Part shown: piece after piece, positions 24,254 through 33,738 of the stretch
Numbering within the stretch: the stretch's first letter is position 1
How the letters are laid out: each line of letters begins with the position of its first letter
NCBI GenBank assembly: GCA_034666965.1
Contig: JAXDKT010000075.1
Coordinates: 1 to 54,047 of the forward strand
DNA: 54,047 nucleotides
Source: Chloroflexota bacterium
GTDB lineage: Bacteria; Chloroflexota; Limnocylindria; Limnocylindrales; CSP1-4
Reading direction: 5' to 3'
The notes under the pieces: model-generated
The model's database searches: none
The model's input: the letters and a program-made list of their open reading frames with translations, nothing else
What the model was told of the DNA's origin: nothing
Made by a program: the position numbers and the translations under genes

Positions 24254-26007
24254 GCGCGGACGGCCGGCCGGTCCCTGCCGATCCCCTGGCGCCAGGTTCC
24301 GGCCCGCTCGAGCAGCTCGCGAGCCCCCGCGACCGAGGCATCGCCACCGGCCGGCCCACCCAGCATCTGGGCCAGCTCCTCGACCCGCTCGGCCTCGTCG
24401 TCGAGGCGGACCACCTCGGTCACGGTCCGGCCGTCCCGTTCGTGCTTGGCGATCCGGAAATGGACGTCGGCATGGGCGGCGATCTGGGGCAGATGGGTGA
24501 CGCACAGGACCTGATGCCGGCGCGCCAGTGTCCACAGGCTGCGACCGACCGGATCGGCGCTCCGCCCGCCGATTCCCGCGTCGATCTCGTCGAAGACCAG
24601 CGTCGGGGTGGCGTCGGCCGCGGCGAGGACCTCCTTGATCGCAAGGGCGACCCGGCTCAGCTCCCCACCCGAGGCGATCCGGGCCAGGGGGCGAGGCGGC
24701 TCGCCCACGTTCGGAGCGAAGCGGAAGACCACCTCGTCGATGCCGCTGGCATCGAACGCCAACGCGTCGCCGCCGACCTCGATGGCGGGCTCGTCGCGGC
24801 CGGCCGGCCGGCGACCCAGGGCGACCTCGAACCTGGTGCGGGCGAAGCCGAGCTCCTCGAGGGCGACCGAGACCGCCGCCGCGAGCCGTTCGGCGGCCTC
24901 GGCGCGTAGACCCGAGAGGGTGCCGGCGGTCCGGGCCACCTCGGCCAGGAGCACGGCGTCCTCGGCGAGCCGCCGTCCGCGCTCGCCTTCGACCCCACTC
25001 AGGCGCTCCGCCTCCGCCGCCATCGCCTCACCGTGGGCCAGCACCGCCGCCTCGTCGTCGCCGTAGCGCCGCTCGAGGGCGAAGATCAGCGACAGGCGCT
25101 CCTCGAAGCTGGCCACGGCGGCGGCATCGTGATCGAGGTCGTCGACCAGGGCCCGAACCTCGGCGGCGACGTCGTCGACCTCGGCGTCCAGTCCGGCCAG
25201 GCGCTCGGCCAGCGGGTCGAAGCGCGGGTCGAAGCGCGCCAGCTCACGCGCCTGCCGCCCGGCGGTCGCGATGCCCTCGCGTGCGGCGCCGCGCTCCCCG
25301 CCGCCACCATCCTCGCCGCTTCCCTCGCCCGCCAGCGCCGCGTGGATCGCCGCGCCTCCGCGAGCGATCGTCTCGCCATGGCGGGCGGCCCCCAGGCGGG
25401 CCTGGATCTCGTCGACCTCGCCGATCCGGACGCGCGCCGCGGCAATCTCGGCGGCTTCGTGCTCCGCAAGATCGAGGCGACGGACGAGCTCGCGGGGATC
25501 GACGGTCAGCTCGGCCAGGGATGCCCGGTTCGCCCGCCAGCGCTCCACCGCTCCGGCGACGGCCTCACGGGCCACCCAGGTGCCGCCGTAGGCGTCGAGC
25601 AGGTCGCGCTGGACGCGCTCGTCGAGGAGCCGCTGCTGATCGTGCTGGCCGTGGATCTCGACCAGCCCACCAGCGGTCTCGGCCAGTCGCGCGGCGGTGA
25701 CCGGCTCGTCGTCGAGCCGGGCCGTCGAGCGTCCGCCCGACTGCACCTCGCGGACGACGATGAGCGGCTCTGGCAGCCGTTCGAAGAGGGCCTCCACCCG
25801 GGCCCGCTCCGCCCCGTGGCGGACGAGACCCGTGTCCACCCGCGCACCGAGGGCCAGGCCCAGGGCGTCGATCAGCAGGCTCTTGCCCGCACCGGTCTCG
25901 CCGGTGATGACGTTGAGGCCGGTCCCGAGCTCGAGACGAACCCGGTCGATCAGGCCCAGGTCGGCGACGGCCAGCTCGAGCAGGCGCCCCGCCGGTTCGT
26001 CGCTCAC
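24250..26007 (-). CDS. recN: DNA repair protein RecN
   Basis: The 838-aa track ORF is trimmed to the GTG at 26007, which forms a GTGA overlap with the nadK stop. The Walker A motif is ITGETGAGKS. A coiled-coil middle follows, and the C-terminus carries ASGGELSRV and LVFDEIDAGIGG. Confidence 0.9.
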   Translation of the reverse strand: MSDEPAGRLLELAVADLGLIDRVRLELGTGLNVITGETGAGKSLLIDALGLALGARVDTGLVRHGAERARVEALFERLPEPLIVVREVQSGGRSTARLDDEPVTAARLAETAGGLVEIHGQHDQQRLLDERVQRDLLDAYGGTWVAREAVAGAVERWRANRASLAELTVDPRELVRRLDLAEHEAAEIAAARVRIGEVDEIQARLGAARHGETIARGGAAIHAALAGEGSGEDGGGGERGAAREGIATAGRQARELARFDPRFDPLAERLAGLDAEVDDVAAEVRALVDDLDHDAAAVASFEERLSLIFALERRYGDDEAAVLAHGEAMAAEAERLSGVEGERGRRLAEDAVLLAEVARTAGTLSGLRAEAAERLAAAVSVALEELGFARTRFEVALGRRPAGRDEPAIEVGGDALAFDASGIDEVVFRFAPNVGEPPRPLARIASGGELSRVALAIKEVLAAADATPTLVFDEIDAGIGGRSADPVGRSLWTLARRHQVLCVTHLPQIAAHADVHFRIAKHERDGRTVTEVVRLDDEAERVEELAQMLGGPAGGDASVAGARELLERAGTWRQGIGRDRPAVRA

Positions 26008-26849
26008 GACGGCAGCAGCTCCACCTTGTGGCGGAGCAGGTCCCAGAACGGAATCGCGCCGGCCGGCTCCACGAACCGGATCGAGCGGGCCCCGGCCGAC
26101 ACCTCGACCACGTCGCCGACGGCGATGGGCAGGTCCTCCCGGCCGTCGATGCTGACCAGCGCTTCGATCGCGTCGACGACCCGGGCGGTGACCGTCTGGC
26201 TGGGGCTGACCACCACCGAGCGGATCGCCGAGAGGTAGCCGGCGATCGGGGTGACCACCAGGTTGCGACTGATCGGATCGAGGATCGGACCACCGGCCGA
26301 GAAGGAATAGCCGGTCGAGCCGGTCGGGCTGGCGACCACCAGGCCGTCGGCGATGAACGTGGCCAGGTGGCTGGGGCCGATGGCCACGTCCAGCCGCACC
26401 ACCCGGGCCAGGGCGCCCCGGGCGACGACGACGTCGTTGAGGGCGAAGAACTCCCGCCCGCCGGGTCGTCCCGCCGGTCGGATCACCCCGCGCAGGGTCA
26501 TCCGCTCGTCGACCGCGAACTGGCCCTCCGCGATCTGGGCCAGGGTGGCCTCGAGATCGTCCGCCTCGACCTTGGACAGGAACCCGATCTTGCCCAGGTT
26601 GACCCCCAGGAGGGGCACGTCGACCTCGGCGACCGCTCGGGCCGCGCGGAGGAACGTCCCGTCGCCGCCCAGGACCACCAGGACGTCGGTCGTCGGCAGC
26701 TCGGCCACGAGCCGCTCGAGGTCCCCCGAGGGCGCCGACCAGTGGTCCAGGCCCCGAACGCCGCACCAGCCTTCGGCCCGATCGCGCAGCTCGTCGGCCG
26801 CCTCGTTGGTCGGGTTGTAGGCGAACCCGATCCGGCGCACGGCGCTCAT
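26004..26849 (-). CDS. nadK: NAD kinase
   Basis: Motifs are VLGGDGTFLRAAR and GSTGYSFSAGGPI. Confidence 0.9.
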   Translation of the reverse strand: MSAVRRIGFAYNPTNEAADELRDRAEGWCGVRGLDHWSAPSGDLERLVAELPTTDVLVVLGGDGTFLRAARAVAEVDVPLLGVNLGKIGFLSKVEADDLEATLAQIAEGQFAVDERMTLRGVIRPAGRPGGREFFALNDVVVARGALARVVRLDVAIGPSHLATFIADGLVVASPTGSTGYSFSAGGPILDPISRNLVVTPIAGYLSAIRSVVVSPSQTVTARVVDAIEALVSIDGREDLPIAVGDVVEVSAGARSIRFVEPAGAIPFWDLLRHKVELLPS

Positions 26850-27679
26850 CGCAGCGCGACCTCGACCAGCCGCGCGTCGCTCAACCGGTCGGCCTCCTGG
26901 GCGTGGGGCCCGGCGATCAGGTGGAGCAGGAACTCGCGGTTGCCCTCCGGACCGAGGATCGGCGAGGCGATCGCGTCGACCGCGGCGAGACCCAGCGCTC
27001 GGGCCCCGGCGACGGTCGCCCGAAGCACGTCCAGGTGGACCGCCGGATCGCGCACGACGCCCCGGTCGAGGGCGGCCCGGCCGGCCTCGAACTGGGGCTT
27101 GACCAGGGGCACGATCGGACCACCTTCGGGACCCAGGCAGGCCGCGATCGGGCCCAGGACCAGCCCCAGCGAGATGAACGAAACGTCGGCGACGGCCAGC
27201 GCGACCGGTTCGGGCAGAACGCCCGGACCGAGGGAGCGGGCATTCGTCCGCTCGAACGACACGACCCGGGGGTCGCGCCGGAGCGATTCGGCCAGCTGTC
27301 CGCGTCCGACGTCGACGGCGTAGACCCGCGCGGCGCCATGCTGCAGGAGGACGTCGCTGAAGCCGCCGGTCGAGGCGCCGGCATCGAGGCAGACCAGGCC
27401 CGCCGGGTCGATCCCAAAGGCATCCAGGGCGGCCGCCAGCTTGTGCCCCCCGCGCGAGACGTACGGGTCGGGTGTGTCCACGACCAGCCCGATCGCCGGA
27501 TCCACGAGATCGCCCGGTTTGCGGTCCCGCCGGGCCGCGTCACCGGCACCGACCCGAACCTTGCCAGCGAGGATAAGCGCCTGGGCCCGGGTCCGCGTGT
27601 CGGCCAGGCCGCGGTCGACGAGGAGCTGGTCGAGCCGGCGCCGGGTGGTGCGGCCGGTCGGGATCGTCTCGGCGCTCAC
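26846..27679 (-). CDS. tlyA: TlyA-family rRNA 2'-O-methyltransferase (S4 plus FtsJ domains)
   Basis: Motifs are RRLDQLLVDRGLADTRTRAQALI and LDAGASTGGFSDVLL. The GTG start is at 27679. Confidence 0.85.
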   Translation of the reverse strand: MSAETIPTGRTTRRRLDQLLVDRGLADTRTRAQALILAGKVRVGAGDAARRDRKPGDLVDPAIGLVVDTPDPYVSRGGHKLAAALDAFGIDPAGLVCLDAGASTGGFSDVLLQHGAARVYAVDVGRGQLAESLRRDPRVVSFERTNARSLGPGVLPEPVALAVADVSFISLGLVLGPIAACLGPEGGPIVPLVKPQFEAGRAALDRGVVRDPAVHLDVLRATVAGARALGLAAVDAIASPILGPEGNREFLLHLIAGPHAQEADRLSDARLVEVALR

Positions 27680-27760
27680 CGGCCTATCGTGGCACAGCCC
27701 GCCGGCCGACGACGCCCATGCCGGCGGCTGTCGGGGAGGCGGGCCAGCCGACGGCCCGGG

Positions 27761-29902
27761 TCAGGCCCCGGGGACGGGCGCGCCGCCGGCGGCCGGCACG
27801 GCTGGAGCGTCGAGCACCGCTGGAGCCGCGGGCTCGGCAGGAGTGGCGGACACGGCCGGAGCGGCAAGGCCCAGACCGGTCAGGGTCTCGCGGACCTGGG
27901 CCTCGATGCCGCTCGCGTCGAGACGCACCAGGCGGCGCAGGTCCGTCACCGAGCCGTGATCGATGAACTTGTCGCCCGGCAGGCCCACGATCTTGAGGTG
28001 GACCTCGCGCAAGCTCGGGTCGGTCAGGCGGGCCTCCTCGAGCAGCTCCAGCACGGCGGAGCCGAACCCACCGGCGACGACGCTCTCCTCGAGGGTCACT
28101 AGCAGCCGCGTGCCACGCGCGGCGGAGAGGATGAGCTCGCGGTCGAGGGGCTTGGCAAAGCGGGCGTTGACGACCCCCACCGACCAGCCATCGGCGGCCA
28201 GGGCCTCAGCGACGGCCATGCCCCGGGCGACGATCGGCCCGAAGCCGACGAACAGAATGTCCGAGCCCTCGCGCAGCAGCTCGCCTCGGCCGATGGGCAG
28301 GATCGTGGGCTCGATCGGCGCCAGGTCGAAGCCCGGATCGCGGGGATAGTGGAGCGCGAATGGGTGCTCCTGGGCCAGACCGGTCCGCAGCAGCGAGCGC
28401 AGCTCCTGCTCGTCCTTGGGGCTGGCGATGACGAGGTGCGGGATCTGGCGCTGGGCCGAGAGGGTGAACATGCCCTGGTGGCTGGTGCCGTCCTCGCCGA
28501 CGAGTCCGGCCCGGTCGACCGCCAGGAGCACGGGCTGATCGTTCTGGCACATGTCGTGGACGGTCTGGTCGAAGGCGCGCTGGAGGAACGTCGAGTAGAT
28601 CGCGACGACCGGGCGCCGGCCGCCCATCGCCAGCCCGGTCGCCAGCGCGACGGCGTGCTGCTCGGCGATCCCCACATCGAAGAAGCGGCTCGGGAACCGG
28701 GCCTGGAACTTGTTCAAGCCGGTGCCGGTCGGCATCCCCGCGGTGATCGCCACGATCCGCCGATCGGTCGCAGCCAGCTCGATCAGCTCGGCGCTGAAAT
28801 AGGCGGTGTAGTTGGGCGCCTTCCGGGGCGTGCCCGGCGGCGCCAGCGCGGGCATCGCGTCGTCGGCCATGCCCGGATCGTCGAGGGGGCGTCCGGCTAC
28901 GGCGCCGTCGCCGTTCACGGCCGTGGCGCCGTTGACGGCCGTCGCGGACGGAGCGCCATTGCTCCCGTTGGAGCGCACCTCGTACGGGGCGGTCATCGGC
29001 GGGAGCGCGGCGCCATGGAAGCCGATCTGGTCAGTCTCGGCCGGCTCGTAGCCGCGGCCCTTCTGCGTCCGGACGTGGACCATGACCGGCTCGCGCAGCT
29101 CGAGCGCCTGGGCGAACGTCCGCTCCAGCGCGACCAGGTCGTGGCCGGGGACGACGCCGATGTAGGTGATCCCGAGATCCTCGAAGAGCTGCCCGGGCTG
29201 GGCGAAGTTGACGACCGACTTGCGCAGCCGCTTCGACAGCTCGAGGGCCGTTCCGCCGACCAGCGGCAGCCGCTCGATCATCCGGTCATAGGCCGTTCGA
29301 CTCTGCTGCCACGCGGGCGACAGCTTGATATGGCTCAGGTACTTGCTGAAGGCGCCGACCGTCGGGCTGATCGACATCTCGTTGTCGTTGAGCACGATCA
29401 GCATCTGCGTGCCGCGCTGGCCGATGTCGTTGAGCGCCTCGAGGCTGAGACCGCTCATCAGGGCCGCATCGCCGACCACGACCGCGATCCGCTCGAAGCC
29501 ATGGCGCAGGTCGCGCGCCTCGGCCAGGCCCTGGCCGATCGACAGCCCGGTCCCGGCGTGACCGCCATCGAAGACGTCGTGGGGCGACTCGCTCCGCCGC
29601 GGGAAACCGCCCACTCCATCGAGCTTGCGCAGGGTATCGAAGCGGGCCAGCCGACCGGTCAGCAGCTTGTGGGGATAGGCCTGATGACCGGTGTCCCACA
29701 CGATCCGGTCGCGGGGCGAATCGAGCAGCCGGTGGAGAGCGATCGTGACCTCGACGACGCCGAGCGATGAGCCGAGATGACCGCCGGTGGTCTTGACGGT
29801 CGAGATGATCGTGGCTCGGATCTCGTCCGCCAGCTGCTCGAGTTGCGCTTCGTCGAGACCGCGCAGGTCGGCTGGTCCCTGAAGCTCGGACAGGATGGTC
29901 AT
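27761..29902 (-). CDS. dxs: 1-deoxy-D-xylulose-5-phosphate synthase
   Basis: 713 aa with motifs GHLGSSLGVVE, GDGALMSG-like (GDAALMSG) and AEQHAV. It has a low-complexity linker insert (NGATAVNGDGAV...) and an Ala/Pro-rich C-terminal tail. Confidence 0.9.
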   Translation of the reverse strand: MTILSELQGPADLRGLDEAQLEQLADEIRATIISTVKTTGGHLGSSLGVVEVTIALHRLLDSPRDRIVWDTGHQAYPHKLLTGRLARFDTLRKLDGVGGFPRRSESPHDVFDGGHAGTGLSIGQGLAEARDLRHGFERIAVVVGDAALMSGLSLEALNDIGQRGTQMLIVLNDNEMSISPTVGAFSKYLSHIKLSPAWQQSRTAYDRMIERLPLVGGTALELSKRLRKSVVNFAQPGQLFEDLGITYIGVVPGHDLVALERTFAQALELREPVMVHVRTQKGRGYEPAETDQIGFHGAALPPMTAPYEVRSNGSNGAPSATAVNGATAVNGDGAVAGRPLDDPGMADDAMPALAPPGTPRKAPNYTAYFSAELIELAATDRRIVAITAGMPTGTGLNKFQARFPSRFFDVGIAEQHAVALATGLAMGGRRPVVAIYSTFLQRAFDQTVHDMCQNDQPVLLAVDRAGLVGEDGTSHQGMFTLSAQRQIPHLVIASPKDEQELRSLLRTGLAQEHPFALHYPRDPGFDLAPIEPTILPIGRGELLREGSDILFVGFGPIVARGMAVAEALAADGWSVGVVNARFAKPLDRELILSAARGTRLLVTLEESVVAGGFGSAVLELLEEARLTDPSLREVHLKIVGLPGDKFIDHGSVTDLRRLVRLDASGIEAQVRETLTGLGLAAPAVSATPAEPAAPAVLDAPAVPAAGGAPVPGA

Positions 29903-29928
29903 CCGGCGGAGTCTACCTCTGGCCAGCC

Positions 29929-30210
29929 CTACCCGCCGCCGCCGTCGTCGCCCGACGACTTGAGCTCGAGCGCCTCGATCGCGCCTCCGGCACGCTGGAC
30001 CAGGCGACCCACCCGCAGCTCGGCGTCGGCCAGCAACGCGGCGCAGCGTTCGTGGAGCAGGACCCCTCGTTCGTAGAGCGCCAAGGAAGCCTCCAGGGGC
30101 GCACCGCCGGCCTCGAGCGCGACCACGGTCGCCTGGAGCTCGGCCAGGGCCTCGTCGAAGGTCAGGCTGCCAGGATCGGCGGCGGTTGCCGGAGGCGGCT
30201 CAGGGCTCAC
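29929..30210 (-). CDS. xseB: Exodeoxyribonuclease VII small subunit
   Basis: The track ORF 29929..30351 is trimmed to the GTG at 30210. The sequence LTFDEALAELQATVVALEAGGAPLEASLALYERGVLLHERC is the XseB signature. The start remains uncertain. Confidence 0.7.
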   Translation of the reverse strand: MSPEPPPATAADPGSLTFDEALAELQATVVALEAGGAPLEASLALYERGVLLHERCAALLADAELRVGRLVQRAGGAIEALELKSSGDDGGGG

Positions 30211-30355
30211 GGTCGTCAGCGATCTCCTCGGGCGCCGTCGGGTCGTCGTCGCCGCCCGCGAGGCGACCGATACGCGGCGCCAGGAGCATACCAAGGACGA
30301 TCCCGCCCACCCCACCGACCACGACGATGGCCGCCACGATGGCCAGGTCACCCAT
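30200..30355 (-). CDS. 51-aa single-TM micro-protein between xseA and xseB
   Basis: The product is MGDLAIVAAIVVVGGVGGIVLGMLLAPRIGRLAGGDDDPTAPEEIADDREP. It is hidden inside track ORF 30200..31153. GC3 is high, and the ATG overlaps the xseA stop by 1 nt. Confidence 0.45.
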   Translation of the reverse strand: MGDLAIVAAIVVVGGVGGIVLGMLLAPRIGRLAGGDDDPTAPEEIADDREP

Positions 30356-31854
30356 CAGCGCCGATCCGCCGGCGGATCGACCGTGGCCCCGACCTCGCCG
30401 CGGGCCAGGCGGATGGCAAGACCCTCGCCCGGCGGGGTCTCGACCGGGTCGCGCACGATCCGGCCGTCGCGGGATCGGCGGACGATCGCGTAGCCACGCT
30501 CGAGGGTGGCCTCCGGTCCGAGCGCGCCCAGCGCCGCGCCGGCGGCCTCGACCGCACCCCGGGCGGCGCCCAGCCGGACGGTCACCCCTGGACCCAGCTG
30601 GGCCGCAGCACGCTCTGCGGTCGTGGCGCCCAGCTCCAGCCGCGCACGGACGGCCCGGCTGGCCCGATCGAGGAGCAACCCGGCCCGCTCGCGCGACGCC
30701 GCCAGCTGAGCCAGCGGGCTGAGTCCGTCGAGGGCGCGCCGCTCGGCGGCCGCCTCGCGCATCGCCCCGGCCAGCGTTCGCCGGACGGCGCCCTCGAGTC
30801 GGCGCGTCTCGGCCGAGAGCACGGCTCCCAGTTCGACCCGGTCGGGGACCACGATCTCGGCCGCGGCGGACGGCGTCGGCGCCCGTCGGTCGGCGGCGAA
30901 GTCGGCCAGGGTGACGTCGGTCTCGTGACCCACCCCGCACACGACCGGCAGCGAATGGGCCACGATCGCCCGGACGACCAACTCGTCGTTGAACGACCAG
31001 AGGTCCTCGAGCGAGCCGCCGCCGCGGGCCAGGATCGTCACCGTCGGAGCGTCGCCCCCTCGACCGGTGCGGACGCAGCGTTCGGCGTAGCGGTCCACCC
31101 AGGCCAGGGCCCGGACGATGCTGGCCGGGGCGCCGGTACCCTGGACCTGGCACTGCGACAGGACCACCCGGGCCAGCGGCCAGCGTCGGGCGAGGACGGT
31201 TCGGATGTCGTGCCAGACCGCACCCGTCTCACTGGTCACGACCGCGATCACCGCCGGCCGGTCGGGCAGCGGCCGCTTGCGAGCGGCATCGAACAGGCCC
31301 TCGGCGCCGAGCTGTGCCTTGAGTGCCTCGAAGCGCAGGGCGAGGTCGCCAAAGCCCGCCGGCTGGACGGCGCTGACGTAGAGCTGATAGACGCCGTTCG
31401 CGTCGAACACGTCGACCCGACCGTTGGCGACCACCCGCAGGCCCGTCCGCGGTTCGTAGGGCGACGCCAGGCGGTCGTCCCGGAACCACACGCACTGGAG
31501 CTGGCTGCGCTCGTCCTTGAGCGTGAAGTAGGCGTGACCGGCGCTCGACACGGTAACCCGCCCGACCTCGCCCTCGACCCACACGTCGCGCAGGCGATCG
31601 TCGCTCCGGACGGCCTCGCGTACGGCCCGGGTCACGTCCGAGACGGCCAGGATCGTCAGCCCGAAGGTGCCCCGGGGAACGGTGGCCGGTGCGGGGCCGC
31701 CGGCCGGATCGCCGGGCGGTGCCGCCTCCCAGCGCGGCGGCGCCTCGCGGCGCGGCGGCGGCTCCCGGCGCGGCGTCCGGTCCGCGCTGGGCGTGGCCTC
31801 GGTGGCGTCCCACGCCGGCAGGACCCAGTCCGGCGGCTCGGCGTCGCGTGGCAT
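30355..31854 (-). CDS. xseA: Exodeoxyribonuclease VII large subunit
   Basis: It has an OB-fold N-terminal domain (VWVEGEVGRVTVSSAGHAYFTLKD), RGGGSLEDLW and a coiled C-terminus. The N-terminal extension is Pro/Arg-rich. Confidence 0.85.
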   Translation of the reverse strand: MPRDAEPPDWVLPAWDATEATPSADRTPRREPPPRREAPPRWEAAPPGDPAGGPAPATVPRGTFGLTILAVSDVTRAVREAVRSDDRLRDVWVEGEVGRVTVSSAGHAYFTLKDERSQLQCVWFRDDRLASPYEPRTGLRVVANGRVDVFDANGVYQLYVSAVQPAGFGDLALRFEALKAQLGAEGLFDAARKRPLPDRPAVIAVVTSETGAVWHDIRTVLARRWPLARVVLSQCQVQGTGAPASIVRALAWVDRYAERCVRTGRGGDAPTVTILARGGGSLEDLWSFNDELVVRAIVAHSLPVVCGVGHETDVTLADFAADRRAPTPSAAAEIVVPDRVELGAVLSAETRRLEGAVRRTLAGAMREAAAERRALDGLSPLAQLAASRERAGLLLDRASRAVRARLELGATTAERAAAQLGPGVTVRLGAARGAVEAAGAALGALGPEATLERGYAIVRRSRDGRIVRDPVETPPGEGLAIRLARGEVGATVDPPADRR

Positions 31855-31861
31855 GCGCGGG

Positions 31862-32419
31862 TCAGACCCGGGTCTGATACTCGCCGGTGCGGGTGTCGAT
31901 CCGGATCGTGTCGCCCTCCTCGACGAAGATTGGCACGGTCACGACCAGCCCCGACTCGGTCCGGGCCGGCTTGCGCGCGCCGGTCTGGGTGTCACCGGCG
32001 AAGCCGGGCTCGGTCTCGGTCACGACGAGGTCCACGGTGACCGGGAGCTCGACCCCGATCGTCTCGCCCTGGTAGCTCGTCCGGTCGAGGGTCATCCCGT
32101 CCTTGAGGTAGTGGACGGCGTTGTCGAGCTGCTCGGGGCTCAGCACGAACTGGTCGTATGTGTCGGTATCCATGAAGTGGAAGTCGTCGCCGTCGCGGTA
32201 CAGGTACTGGACGGGGCGCCGCTCCATCGAGGCTCGCGGCCACTTGGTGCCGGCCTGGAACGAGCGCTCCACGGTCTGGCCACGCTTGATGTTCCGGAGG
32301 GTGATCCGGACCTGGGCCGAGCCGCGACCCATCTTGATGTGGTGGTAGTCGAGGATCTGCCAGAGGTCGCCGTCGAGCTCGATCGCGACGCCCTTCTTCA
32401 GCTCACCGGTAGAGATCAT
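31862..32419 (-). CDS. efp: Elongation factor P
   Basis: The track ORF is trimmed to the ATG at 32419 (MISTGELKKGVAIELDG...), giving 185 aa. GGAG lies upstream. Confidence 0.9.
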   Translation of the reverse strand: MISTGELKKGVAIELDGDLWQILDYHHIKMGRGSAQVRITLRNIKRGQTVERSFQAGTKWPRASMERRPVQYLYRDGDDFHFMDTDTYDQFVLSPEQLDNAVHYLKDGMTLDRTSYQGETIGVELPVTVDLVVTETEPGFAGDTQTGARKPARTESGLVVTVPIFVEEGDTIRIDTRTGEYQTRV

Positions 32420-32505
32420 GCAGGCGGGCTCCTGGTGACCGGCGGACAGGGCCAACCGGCGACGGGTCTGGTGTGATGGCCCGATTGTAGCCCGCTACCC
32501 GTCGC

Positions 32506-33738
32506 TCAGCCGTCCACGACCAGTACCTCGCGCGGGAACGCGGTCAGCCGGCGGCACTGGCCGGCCGCCAGGTCGACCGCCAGCAGATCCTCGATCCGGA
32601 CGCCCATCTCGCCGTCGATGTAGATCCCCGGCTCGACGCTGAAGACCGTGGGGCTGGGCAGGGGCTCCTCGCTCCCGGTCCGGCTCAGGCGCGGCAGCTC
32701 GTGGGTCGCCAGACCGATGCCGTGTCCGGTGCCATGCCCGAACCGGTTGCCATGGCCGGCGGCAACGATGACGTCCCGCGCCAGTCGATCGACGGTGCGA
32801 CCGCTGGGCAGCGGGTGGCCTTCGCGGACGGCCTCGGCGATCCCTTCGATGGCGACCGCCTGGGCCGTCGCGACGACCTCGTAGACGCTCCGGTCGCGGG
32901 CCGTCGGCTCGCCAATGAACAAGGTCCTGGTCATGTCGCTCCGGTAGCCATCGACCCGCGCCCCGAAGTCGAACAGGAGCACGGTGCCAGCGCGGACCGG
33001 CCGGTCCCCGGGCGAGCCGTGCGGAAGAGCCGCTTCGGGACCGGCCAGACAGGCCACGTCGAAGGCCAGTCCGTCAGCCCCGCCGGTCCGGATGAGCCAC
33101 TCCACGCGGAGCGCCAGCTCGCGCTCGCTGACCCCCACTCGGATCTCGGGCAGCAGCGCGGTCAGGGCCCGGTCCGCCACCGCGCAGGCGGCCGCGATCC
33201 GCTCCACCTCCGCCGGCTCCTTGATGGCCCGATCGGCCTCCAGCCAGCCCTCGACCGGGAGCAGCTCGACCGCCGGCGCCGCGTCCGCCAGCATGGACCA
33301 GGTCGCATGACTGACGCTGCCGGCTTCGACCGCCACGCGCCGTGCCCCGAGCGAGCCGAGCAGCTCCGGCCAGCGCTCGCCGAGGTCGCCGTACACCGGC
33401 TCGACCCGGGCTTCGGGAGCCGCCCGCTCGGCCTGGAGGCGGTAGCGGCTGTCCGCCAGCAGGATGACCTCGTCGGCACCGACCAGGAACCAGCCCGACG
33501 AGCCGGCCACGCGATCCTCGCCATCGCCCAGGGCGAATCCGGTCAGGTAGCGGGCGTGCTCCGGCCGGATCCCGAAGTACGCGTCGAGCTCGGCCAGGGC
33601 CAGGCGCTTGCGCAACCGGGCGGTGCGCAGCGGCCGAGCCGTTCGATCGGCGGTCAGCCAGCGGGCCCGGTCCTGGGTCGTCGGCGGCGGCGCGAAGTCG
33701 TCGGGCTGGCCCGTTCCCACGATCCGCTCGACGGTCAT
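32506..33738 (-). CDS. M24-family Xaa-Pro aminopeptidase/dipeptidase
   Basis: It has a creatinase-like N-terminal domain and an M24 catalytic domain with LFDFGA, HGTGHGIGL and VFSVEPGIY. Confidence 0.85.
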   Translation of the reverse strand: MTVERIVGTGQPDDFAPPPTTQDRARWLTADRTARPLRTARLRKRLALAELDAYFGIRPEHARYLTGFALGDGEDRVAGSSGWFLVGADEVILLADSRYRLQAERAAPEARVEPVYGDLGERWPELLGSLGARRVAVEAGSVSHATWSMLADAAPAVELLPVEGWLEADRAIKEPAEVERIAAACAVADRALTALLPEIRVGVSERELALRVEWLIRTGGADGLAFDVACLAGPEAALPHGSPGDRPVRAGTVLLFDFGARVDGYRSDMTRTLFIGEPTARDRSVYEVVATAQAVAIEGIAEAVREGHPLPSGRTVDRLARDVIVAAGHGNRFGHGTGHGIGLATHELPRLSRTGSEEPLPSPTVFSVEPGIYIDGEMGVRIEDLLAVDLAAGQCRRLTAFPREVLVVDG

